The position numbers were made by a program, and so were the translations under genes. Below the pieces are notes generated by a model. The model worked only from the letters and a program-made list of their open reading frames with translations, did not search any database and had not been told where the DNA came from. A stretch of DNA of 64,000 nt from Laetmonice hystrix (Eukaryota): positions 36,394,001-36,458,000 of the forward strand of contig OZ249436.1 of the NCBI GenBank assembly GCA_965235115.1, in the 5' to 3' direction. Shown piece by piece: positions 1 through 10,600 of this stretch (within the stretch, counting starts at the first letter, position 1; each line of letters starts with the position of its first letter).

Positions 1-359
1 ACTTTTAGACTGCCCTGCCCTTCTAACACGTTACATAGGCTACACCGTGCCAGAAGGGCCGGGTGTAGTGGCTTCATTCTGGCGCATGCCCACTTACCGG
101 AACCGGCCCGTCTGGCACGCCGGCCGGTCCAGACCGCCACACCGGCGCGACAGTACACTACGATGCGGATGATCCATCATTAAAAAAACGACTCCCCCTG
201 CTAGATTCGTAATCCGTCTAAAACCACGCCCTCACCTATTCCGATTAATATTGATTCCAGTTGGCAATTCAGGCTGATAAATCTGGGATTTATTAGGTGG
301 GGTTATTGCCACCAGGGTCGATTGATATCGGACGTTCTATTTTGGCGGTATCCTGCCAT

Positions 360-441
360 GGGGTGCGTTTCACAACCTGTCGTTAGCTTGTCGTATCGTT
401 AAGACCTACGACATGACAACGATGTTTGTGAAACGCACCCC
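360..441. mobile_element. Short foldback / MITE-like element
   Basis: 16-bp perfect terminal inverted repeat GGGGTGCGTTTCACAA (360-375) / TTGTGAAACGCACCCC (426-441); the interior is also partly self-complementary (TGTCGTA...TACGACA). No coding capacity and no clear TSD. Confidence 0.65.
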
Positions 442-715
442 AGGGAATTTGGGCGCTGACCTTCGTGAGTCGTCAGTGGTTGAGCTCATCCAGAATTATA
501 GTCAGCTTTCTGGACGGATTGGTGTCAGTTGAGAGCGGCAGTCGAACAGTGGCAGGTCTCCGGTCATTGTGTCACAGAGGTGTAGGCCTATACTAGGGTT
601 GGCAGGCTTGCCCTCTGTCTCAATCACCTGACTCCTATAATACTTGAAAGTGAAAACTTCAAAGGGTTAGAAGAAAAAGACGTGCCTTATACGCCTAGGA
701 GAGGACCTGTTGAGC

Positions 716-825
716 ATGGCTGAAACACCGGTGTTGACTGAGCAGGAGCTGCTGGCAGTGCAGGTCGAGTCGCTTCGGAAGCAGTCGGCAATGAACCGAA
801 TGAAGGTCTCGGAGGCTATCAACAG
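716..825 (+). CDS. GNG13-like: G-protein gamma subunit, coding exon 1 (MAETPVLTEQELLAVQVESLRKQSAMNRMKVSEAIN-)
   Basis: Translated by hand (not in the ORF track). It matches the GGL-domain N-terminal helix (QVESLRKQ..M.RMKVSEA). Ends AAC AG|GTAGG (phase 2 donor), which joins in frame to the exon at 2333. Confidence 0.9.
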
Positions 826-1168
826 GTAGGCCAATTCATAAACTATATATTGAAGGATGGCCGAGCCGCCAAAATGAGTCCCCAAGCGGTAGTTAACTTG
901 TATTGAGGTTTGGACACATATGCGTATAATGGTCTACATGCATGCATGCATATACATTGTAGACATCAAATATAATATGTAGGCATAATATTCGGTCCCT
1001 ACTGTATACATTGTACACGTATATTACTGACTGCCATGTGATATATAAACCGTGCATGGAATAACATTGAAGCTATACACTCCATTACTATACAGTCACA
1101 AACTTTGATTTAACTACTGACGCCATATACATATAGCAAAGATCGATGACAATACTATGCCAATCTTA

Positions 1169-1450
1169 TTAAAATTAGATCTTGGTATTTCGCGTCTCTC
1201 TCGGCTGTGTCAGTGCTGCCTGCGTTCCACACCTAGATCTAAGGACATCCCATTAGGGGTCACCTCAGGTTGACCTCTGGATTCAGCCAATCAGCGAGTC
1301 GCCTACGAAATCTTCGGTGTACGCTCGTAGGCATTTTCAAAGGGACACTTGAATCTGGGTCAAAGGGCAGCCTGAGGTGACCCCATGCATACGGGATGCC
1401 GTTAGATCCTAGTATGGAGCCCATGCGAAATAACTAAGATCTAATTTTAA
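1169..1450. mobile_element. TTAA-flanked foldback MITE in the Ggamma intron
   Basis: Perfect 15-nt inverted ends TTAAAATTAGATCTT (1169-1183) / AAGATCTAATTTTAA (1436-1450), plus a perfect internal inverted pair GGGGTCACCTCAGG (1256-1269) / CCTGAGGTGACCCC (1371-1384). TTAA ends are typical of Kolobok/piggyBac-type insertions; family not assigned. Confidence 0.75.
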
Positions 1451-1978
1451 TTAGATTGATACTATGCATCCCTCAACTAGAACCATCGACCATCACCTTT
1501 AAATAGTAAGGTTATTTTATAGCTATACATAAAAATGAATAATTATTGAAAAGAGCCGAGAGCCTACATATTCATCAGCAAAAAAGCCTTGTACCACAAA
1601 GGGTAGGTTAGGCCTATTGTATATGGTTTGCAAGTCCGACCACGGCTTATGCTGCATGCACAGGTTAACAACTGGCCTCTCGCCGGTCGATCATACCGAG
1701 GACACCTCCTTAGTAACGAATTAACTAATTAACAAACTCATCACGATTCCCTGGTCACGTCCACTCGGACAACCGGCCCGTCTAACTGGGCTGTTATAAT
1801 ATCACCGCCCAGCGACCTCGCTAAAATTGACCTCACAATAATCAAAGCCCTCTCACTGATCCACCTAAACTACACCTGCCGGTCAATGCCTGGTCAAGCT
1901 TTGACGGTGTCATGACAGTAACGTTTCTCTGGGGGTTTACGTATTTCTTTTTGAGGCAAGGGACCGTCGTCCTAGGGC

Positions 1979-1988
1979 CTTCTCTCTG

Positions 1989-2021
<33 letters not shown>

Positions 2022-2077
2022 GTCTCCCTGCCTCTCTCTGTCTCTCTGTATATATTATATCTCTCTCTCTCTGTCTT

Positions 2078-2127
<50 letters not shown>
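1979..2127. repeat. (CT)n microsatellite, interrupted
   Basis: Directly visible; explains the SL-rich ORF 1912..2175. Confidence 0.97.
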
Positions 2128-2130
<3 letters not shown>

Positions 2131-2332
2131 CTGGCACCGTGGCGTCGGTCATCATGCTTATTATGGGATATGTAAAGGGCCTATTCGGTAGTTGCGAACG
2201 GCAGTCGCGAGCGGAGGGCAGACTTCAGTCTCCTCGTGCAAACAGATATTTCAGATCAAACAACGAGTTGGATCAAGTAACAACCGACAAGCAAAGATTC
2301 GGTGTAACATCTATCTGGTTTTGTTGTTTCAG

Positions 2333-2447
2333 TATCATGGAGTACATCAACAACGAACAGGATACCGATCACTTCGTCAATTCCGACTATCCGAAGGACA
2401 AAAAGAACAATCCGTGGATCGAAACGAAAAAATGCACCATATTGTAG
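2333..2447 (+). CDS. GNG13-like: G-protein gamma subunit, coding exon 2 (-SIMEYINNEQDTDHFVNSDYPKDKKNNPWIETKKCTIL*)
   Basis: Acceptor TTTTGTTGTTTCAG|T; AG+T rebuilds a Ser codon in frame with exon 1. The C-terminus DKKNNPW.E..KC.IL resembles Ggamma30A (DKKNNPWAEKGKCVIM) and GNG13 (KNNPWVEKGKCTIL) as I recall them. CaaX box CTIL; total 74 aa. Confidence 0.92.
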
Positions 2448-2786
2448 CATCGGCATTGGCAGCGCCGATTCCTTGCATCGGTTTAAGAGCAACATTTTTA
2501 GGGGAGTACATGTATACCCCAAGGTTATAACGCATGGACGCAAGGATCTTTTTGATTCCGATGTGGGTACCTTTATACGGCTAGAGGGTTTTCTGCGACA
2601 AGATAACCACACGTCAAACATGCGTTACACGTAGACTACACGACATAATGTAATGATAATAATTCAAGGGATGGTTTAACAACGAAGACCATGGCTTGGC
2701 CAGAGGTCATATTCAAAGGTCCACGTACCACAGACGATGTGTGCCTTGATGCAGAACGAAGACAACATTTTTGAGACAAGGGACCG

Positions 2787-2833
2787 TCTGTATGTTTTAT
2801 GTATGTTTTATGTATGTTTTATGTATGTTTTAT
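2787..2833. repeat. 11-bp tandem repeat (GTATGTTTTAT) x ~4
   Basis: Directly visible. Confidence 0.85.
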
Positions 2834-2913
2834 TTTAGCCCTGGAAGCAAGCAGACGTTTTAACCACTCCCACCCACCCCGTTGACTGTGACTTGAGGCG
2901 ATTTGACGCTACC

Positions 2914-2927
2914 ACGCCCCCTAGCGG
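2914..2927 (-). promoter_or_regulatory. CTCF-consensus-like motif
   Basis: Reverse complement CCGCTAGGGGGCGT is a full match to CCRSYAGRKGGCR. Motif match only. Confidence 0.4.
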
Positions 2928-3082
2928 CGTTTAAGTGAACACCTAAAAACACCGAGACAACCTCTTATAATAACCATAGCAGTTATAATAACCATACCCT
3001 TATTTACCCAGTAGCCTGTAGTCGGATACTCCGACGGTTATTCATTAAAGTTTCCCAATTGTTATTTGTTGTCAATAAACAC

Positions 3083-3270
3083 CAGGGCCGTAGTTTAGTC
3101 CAAACAGGCAGGGGGCAGTGCCTCCTGAGCAAATACCAGGTGTCAATTTCAGTGTAGAGTCTAATTGTTTGTGATCCAGGCCCAATGAGATTTTTGTTAA
3201 ACTGGAAATCCCAGGAGGACAAAAATATTTAACCACCTTGCCGCCCCCCCCCCCCCCCCCCACGGCCCTG
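3083..3270. mobile_element. Small non-autonomous element with 9-bp TIRs and internal poly-C
   Basis: CAGGGCCGT (3083-3091) ... ACGGCCCTG (3262-3270); no TSD identified. Confidence 0.5.
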
Positions 3271-3638
3271 GGCAGACTACCTTAAATCGAAACCATGTCG
3301 CAAGATTTAATTAATGTGTATTTTATCAAGGTGCATAATGTAACATGTAGCGGCACCCGTGTGTGCTACAACATGGCAATGTCATCAGTCGGACATAGCC
3401 TCAGGCTTATCATACTAAAGGTTTTCTAGGTCATGGGCGGATCATAGCGTGTGTCCCATACTAATCTTGATCATCCTTAACCCATGTTGGCCGACACAAT
3501 TATATTCTGTGGGATCTTTTTCTAGGATAATATGTGGTCTACCCAAGCCACAAGGTTTCAGGGAAAATGTAGGATCTAGGCCTAATTACAATAAAGTGTT
3601 TGTCAACCGGGATAGCGGTGTCTCGTTTGCCTGCATCT

Positions 3639-3772
3639 NNNNNNNNNNNNNNNNNNNNNNNNNNNNNNNNNNNNNNNNNNNNNNNNNNNNNNNNNNNNNN
3701 NNNNNNNNNNNNNNNNNNNNNNNNNNNNNNNNNNNNNNNNNNNNNNNNNNNNNNNNNNNNNNNNNNNNNNNN
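3639..3772. other. Assembly gap (N run)
   Basis: 134 N. Confidence 1.
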
Positions 3773-5495
3773 AAATATGCACTATCCGCTGATTGATCTC
3801 CTGTATTTAGTTTCAGAACAAATTAAGCATCCAGGAACATTATTTAAAATGTAGAGTATCTATATATAACGCGGCTATATAATATTATTGTTATCTATTA
3901 AAGATCCAACTTTCCTAACTTAGCCCTATACATTCTAGGCCTGTATGTAGTCAGACAGACGTAAGCCTATGACACATGCATCGTAAGGATTAATCAAATG
4001 GGTATCAGGGCATTTCCCCCTGGACATTTGCCCCCCGGACATCTGCCCCCTTCCCCCCCCCCCCCCCCCCAGACATTCAAACGATGCGAGTTTGTTTAGT
4101 AAAATGTCTTCCTGGCGGTCATTACTGTTATTGTCAAATTACCCCCCCCCCCCCGTCTTTATGGAGCTTAGTCGTCCTCTTGACGGTACCAGTAAACATA
4201 ACCGAGCCTATACGTCGGCCAAAGAGCTAAACTGACGAAAATATGAGCTGTGGGAACCGTTCCTATGGAGTAAAAAGTTTGTCCACCAGGTGGCAGGGAT
4301 ATCGTAGGAACAATAGCGCCATCTACCGAGGTAGTCTTTAACATTCACGTCTTGGTTTATTCGCCTGCTCTGGGAGTGGCTGCCATCTATTTCATGCAAT
4401 GTCGATGCTGTTAACTATAAGCAAACAGGCAGACGTGTCTATTCAAAAACCATTCATCCTGCCTTGCTTGATATCGTATGGTTACCACAGACCCCTAATC
4501 TGGGAGAGGGTTTTTCTTGGGTTAACTAGTAACCTAGGTTACCCAGGCCCGCCTAGTTATCCACGTTTAGAAACCTCGGCCAGGGCTGGCGCCAGCCTTG
4601 ACCGCAAGCTCGATCTGTCTAAGTTATGTTCGTCTTGTTATAGGATAGAAAGTTTGAATAAGCCTATAATAAGGACAGCCTTGTTTGACCCCCAGATTGC
4701 ACTAAATAGGCCCTACATCCTTGATTTCGGGGTAAATCATGCCCCGAACCCCTCCCTGGAACTCTGTGCCCTTATAGACCTCCCCTCCCGTTTCTATAGA
4801 CCAGTCTCCGGGATACTATGGTTAACAATTATATAAGTTAAGTGCAAATAATTATATTGTTAGTGGCCGTACTATAAGTAGTATACGAAGAGTGGACTGA
4901 AACGCAGACGTTCCAAAACTGTTCACTTGTTTTTGTTTTACGTTACTAAATATTACAAAGGTAATTATGCCTGCTTTTGTCCCATTCTGTAGGCCTACTA
5001 ATTATTTAGGGCCTAGGCCTTTCTGGAAAAAAAGTTATATGAAGCTCAACGGCGTATAGGCCTCATAGGCCTATATTCAAACGCAATAGCATCACTATGG
5101 GTTATATGCCAGGGTTAGAACTGTACGGCTGTGTGTTTAGAAATAAGCCTAATGAGTTCCAAGAAGGAATCCAAAGTAATTTGAGGCGGGGGGGGGGGGT
5201 AATCCCCAAACCCTTCAAACCGAGCCCGGCCTAGCGTCTATCGACAGTCAGCATTCGATTGAGCATGCATATTACTTTCTGACAGATGGCGCTGCAGCCC
5301 GTTCTGCTTTCTCCCTGGCAGAAATCATGCGTGGATGAGAAAGAGTATACAGTTAGGCTATAGCTTTTTTCTATATTAATCCACTAATTTGTTATTTGGT
5401 ATATAGGCCTATCCGGATAACGTATAGAGATAAGAGAATAATGTCACAGGCTATAAAAGGTTCGACGTAGGCCTATACTAATTGTCCTCAAACAT

Positions 5496-5556
5496 GGCCC
5501 CTACCCCTGGCCCCATACCCCTGGCCCCTACCCCTTCCCCCTACCCCTTCCTCCTA
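5496..5556. repeat. C-rich degenerate repeat (CCCTACCCCT-like); G-quadruplex-capable on the - strand
   Basis: Directly visible runs of C3-C5 separated by 1-3 nt. Confidence 0.7.
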
Positions 5557-6812
5557 CGCTCTTGCATGCGCCATCGCAAAAATGATGCTACATTTCAACT
5601 AGTCGACTTCATTAAAACCTTTAACGTCCAGGTAGAAACTCTTGATTAATTAACAGCCCTGGGATATATATCTTCTTATACCCCGATGGATTACCTCAAA
5701 ACATTAGCTGTATACATATTCAGTATACGTGACGATATAAAAAGGTATTTAGACTTATCTGTGGGGGTGTTCCAATTACCGACGTTATGGTCACAAAGCC
5801 TCCCTACTACCGGTCCGCTGGGTTAGGAGATTGTCAGGCAGGAACTTAAATCAGAAAATCTATACGTATCTCATTATTTTAATTTTGTAGGCATAGTATC
5901 CAGGCTAAAGACATGAATCCCCCCCCCCCCCCGACCAAGCAAATCATTAGGATATCCTTAACGCGTCACATGGAAAAGCATTTGATGCATAGAGCTATAG
6001 CTTTCTCTTCACCCTATAACACCGACCTCCAAAGGCGAACGACCATGATGTTGATCCTAGCTCCACACTAGCGCCAGCTAATGATCAGATATAAATCAAT
6101 CCTTTGATTGTAATACGATTAGGAAAATGAGGCTGAGAAGTGGTTTTAGAAAATCTACAGTGGGGCTCTAAGTTAACGTCAAAACAAAATGATAAGTCTA
6201 TTAATTGTCACCATGGGAGATACTAATTGATTCCCGCTAGGCCGAAGATGAGCCGGGTGCCTTGCTGTCTGGGATCCGATTGACGATCCCGGAGGGGCAT
6301 TTTACAGGACGCTCTGCGGGTCGAGGGCCTATCGTTCGTAAACCCCTCTATACAGACCTGCTCCATGGTTAGTGAATCCTTGAGAAAAACACCGGGAGGA
6401 TCGATTCTTTAATCTGCATCGAGTTTCCGATGTCTAGGACAGACAGGTCAGGAATACACAGGTAGGCCTAAACATAAGTGTGAAATCACATAATACATGT
6501 TTTAAGTTCTGTCCACTGCATAATTATGAATTAACCGCTCAATACTAAAATTAAATTTGGGAAATATTTCGTACAGTATATATACACAAAATAAAGACAA
6601 ATACTCTGCATGCAATATCTATTTTTATCTAGTATATATTTCAGTTTCTTACAGTGACCAATAATACTTCATCCTTGTAAATATACCCTAACATTTAAAT
6701 GATTCAATGCAAGGATTGTGCCAATTACTTTCGAGACATTTCTATTTAAAAGTAAAATTAATGTTTGCAGTCTTTTTTCCTTTAATGTTCTCCATGCAGT
6801 CTCAAATTTTAC

Positions 6813-7600
6813 TGTCATATTTGTTATGTATCATACCTGCTTGTAAAGTCATATTTGTTCTGTATCATACCTACCTGTAAAGTCATATTTGTTCTGTATC
6901 ATACCTACCTGTAAAGTCATATTTGTTCTGTATCATACCTACCTGTAAAGTCATTTAAATTTTGTTCTGTATCATACCTATATACCTGTAAAGTCATATT
7001 TGTTATGTATCATACCTACCTGTAAAGTCACATTTGTTCTGTATCATACCTACCTGTAAAGTCATGTTTGTTCTGTATCATACCTACCTGTAAAGTCATA
7101 TTTGTTCTGTATCATACCTACCTGTAAAGTCATGTTTGTTCTGTATCATACCTACCTGTAAAGTCATGTTTGTTCTGTATCATACCTACCTGTAAAGTCA
7201 TGTTTGTTCTGTATCATACCTACCTGTAAAGTCATGTTTGTTCTGTATCATACCTACCTGTAAAGTCATGTTTGTTCTGTATCATACCTACCTGTAAAGT
7301 CATGTTTGTTCTGTATCATACCTACCTGTAAAGTCACATTTGTTCTGTATCTTACCTACCTGTAAAGTCACATTTGTTCTGTATCATACCTACCTGTAAA
7401 GTCACATTTGTTCTGTATCATACCTACCTGTAAAGTCACATTTGTTCTGTATCATACCTACCTATAAAGTCACATTTGTTCTGTATCATACCTACCTGTA
7501 AAGTCACATTTGTTCTGTATCATACCTACCTGTAAAGTCACATTTGTTCTGTATCATACCTACCTGTAAAGTCACATTTGTTCTGTATCACCTGTAAAGT
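6813..7600. repeat. 34-bp minisatellite, ~23 copies
   Basis: Unit TGTAAAGTCA(TA/TG/CA)TTTGTTCTGTATCATACCTACC; no unique spacers. Confidence 0.97.
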
Positions 7601-10600
7601 AGCATTCGTCCTTTGCAGGGGTTAGTGTCCCGTCCCATGGGAAATATACCGCCGATCAGAGTGAGACATCTACTCGGACAAGCGATACGTAATTAATATT
7701 TCAGTGTCCTGAAGCGGCCTTAGCAACGTATGTTAATGCATTTTCTACGGCTTAATATAAATAAGCATACACTGTCACCTCTAGTAGTTACATTATGCTT
7801 TAATTATATAATTATATAAGGGCCTATTTATTTCCAGCATTGTACTAACGTACATATTGCATTCATTGGCCACGCCCCCGTGTTTCGTGCCTAATAACCT
7901 CTCGGCTCGGCCTCGAGCCTATATTGTTAGGACATAACCTACTCTAGCCTTACCTTTGACATGCAATATATACGTAACAACGTTATGTGTGTGTTTGGTT
8001 GCATGTAGCGGCGGCTGCAGATGTATTGAAACCAACGAAACCGTGTATGAACCACTCATATAGCAGGCAATAACCCACCAATACTATCTTATACTTACAG
8101 GTTTATTAACCGAAACGGAGCAGTTAAAATCGGATACTTGCATGTATCACTTGGTAAGCAATCAAGTAGTTTGTCAAACCTTGTGTTTGCTCTCAGCTTG
8201 ATGTATTTGCATAATAATGGATGGATTCCGGTTGAGGGATGTGTATACGCACCTCACCCTCCTCAAATGTTGGGGATGGTGATTATTTACACGTAGAAAT
8301 GGATGAGGCAAGTGGATTCCACACCTTCCTACCCCTCGGGAGCAATTATATCCAACCTAGAATATTGACAATTATTCCACCTATTCTTTGATGTTACTCA
8401 ATATGACGCAAGCCAAGCGATGTGGTTTTATGAAGAAGAATCTGAGCCAACCTGGAATGTGCCATTGTTCCGTTAACTAAAGGTTTATTCAAGCAAGATG
8501 TAATAATGTGACAAAGTGATGTAAACACAATGTGACGCTTATAATATCACTTCACTTCGTTTACGTCGCAAATGTAAAATCACGGTCTTAGCGTCAACCG
8601 TATCTATGTATAATAGATCTATACCTCTCTCAAAAAATGACGATGATGTGGGCTATGATGATGGTGATCATCATGATAATTTCTCCTGATAATAGCAATA
8701 TCTGATGAGAGAATGACAAGGAGCGATCTGTGACACATCAGAATGAGTCGCTACGAAAACATTTTTTCCCGATAGGTGTCTCTGCGGTCTGTAGTATGTA
8801 GCCTTGATAACTGCTCGTCTGCCTGGACTTCGTTAACACAGAACTGGGACCCATATAAAGCGAGTCGCTTTTCAGCAATTTCTGTTACACAACATCTCTG
8901 GTTATGTGACAGTTTGACAAATTAGACGGAAATTGAGGGATTTCTTCAGCCAATTGCGTTGAAGACGTCATTGGCAATTTGGTGGTGTCGGCAAAGTCCG
9001 TCTTGACTCGGGCACTGTGGGACAATTAGCGAAGTAATCTGTCGCCTCTCTCAATTACTTGCCACCAATTTAAGACGCTCTAAAGCGGATTCATTAGAAA
9101 AGAATTATGAATTATCAAGTTTTCTGAGAACGTCTGAAACGAAAGATATGAGTATATGGGAAGGGTCTGGAGACCTGTCGGCGAGCTTTGAAGTGAGCTT
9201 TGTTCTGAAGAAGACACCAAGGCGTTGTTGCCATCAAGGGCACGGTGTCAATTGACGCATGGATTCCTGCTTCGCCGAGGCTACAATAGGTGGCGCTGAA
9301 GTCGCCCGTACCATAATGGAAGCAGGCGGGTTGCTCGGTTGGAAAGACCTCCGTCCTATCTGTACTCACCCTCGTTGTTCGCCTGCCTCCTGCGCCTACC
9401 AACTGGGTGGTGTGAATACTCGTCTTAAACAGATACAAAAACATGAAAGAGGCACAAGGCTGCCGACTGATTGGCTAAATCGTGTCACGCCAAAGCAACA
9501 GCTTGAACGCTAACGAAGAGTGTAAACAGAAAACAAGGAACGGTCGGAACACGGGACGCTTCTTCCTACACAAGAGCCTCTGTCTTTTAATGGGGGAGCA
9601 TCTTTTAGTGTGGGAGGGCAGGTGTTTAACCGTAGCTGACGCGAACAAGGGGTCAAAGCAATTGGTCCAGACGGGGTATTGTTTGCCGGCCACGCATGCA
9701 GCCCGTTTTCTTCAGGAGAACTCCTTTTTTCTTCAGGAGAAACCCTTGCCCTCAAGGGGTGATGACTCCTACCCCACCGACATGCCTATAAAAGTACCTC
9801 CTGACAGTCGGGAAGTATGGAGGTCGACAAATCTTTTACTTTGAAGTCCATCAACTCCCATACATGTTTCCTCTGCAACATATTTAATGATGGATATGGC
9901 CTCCAATCCGGCTGGAAATGTTATTAGTTTTTAGGACACAGTAACTGTTGGTTGTCTTTGACAAGATGTGAAAAAGGTATCAACTTATTTACACGGTTAT
10001 AGTCCAAGGCATTCTTATATGCGGAACGAAGTGGCTTCTATGTACTTCCTGAATGAAAACTAAATGTTTTATTTGTGCACAAAGGCCAAGTATTCTACTT
10101 TAAAACGGGGAGGGACCAAAGATGACTATATCAGTATGCGACATTAAACCGGCCATGTTTAGTTGTAAAGCGCAAAGTATAGTATGCATTGCTCCTGCCC
10201 CGACCCCCCACGCCCAACCATTTGGCGTGGTTTCTACTCGGCCAGAGTAAAGTACGGGCCGGTACATGTGGGTCTATCATTTAGACGTTTGTCAAGGAAC
10301 GCACGCCCTGAAGCAGGCTTCCTCTCCAGACCCTATTGAGGTGGAATCAAACTGAGTATAGTCGCACATCAAAGAGATCTAACTTCAAAAGTAAACGTTA
10401 CTTTCCAAAGCGATGAGAGAGGCAATTGGGAGTTTATTTGGTCCTCTGCGCCGAGACCCTCGTGGTTGGATGGCTGTGTAGTATTCCCCGTAGACGATGA
10501 AGTATCTCAGCATGGCGGCGTCTCTAACTAGCGGCTACCTGGCCTTAGTTAATTGCCTGTGGCCGTCATAATTAAGTTGATGCCCGTGCTAAAGCATTTC

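Noticed and set aside
667-885. Minus-strand 72-aa ORF
   Set aside because: Antisense shadow of Ggamma exon 1; the + frame has the recognisable motif and compatible splice sites.
2139-2447. 102-aa ORF as a single-exon gene
   Set aside because: Only the part from 2333 is Ggamma-like; the rest is intron read-through upstream of a clear acceptor.
6813-7600. CRISPR-like reading of the 34-bp array (also applies to the 53-, 19- and 60-bp arrays)
   Set aside because: Units are head-to-tail with no unique spacers, no cas genes are present, and the context is eukaryotic.
6813-7600. Minus-strand TTTACAG|GTAGGT (acceptor abutting donor) in every unit
   Set aside because: No supported minus-strand gene spans the array; likely coincidence.
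8087-8240. Plus-strand AG/GT-bounded segment 8101-8153 and a 43-nt mini-intron
   Set aside because: All three frames hit stops within or right after the junction; no coding support.
9224-9289. VVAIKGTVSIDAW, reminiscent of a class-3 lipase motif
   Set aside because: Short, followed by a stop, with no GxSxG motif or further exons.
9655-9678. KAIGPDGV, reminiscent of the non-LTR RT KAPGPDG motif
   Set aside because: No downstream RT motifs (YRPISL, QG, YADD) in any frame.
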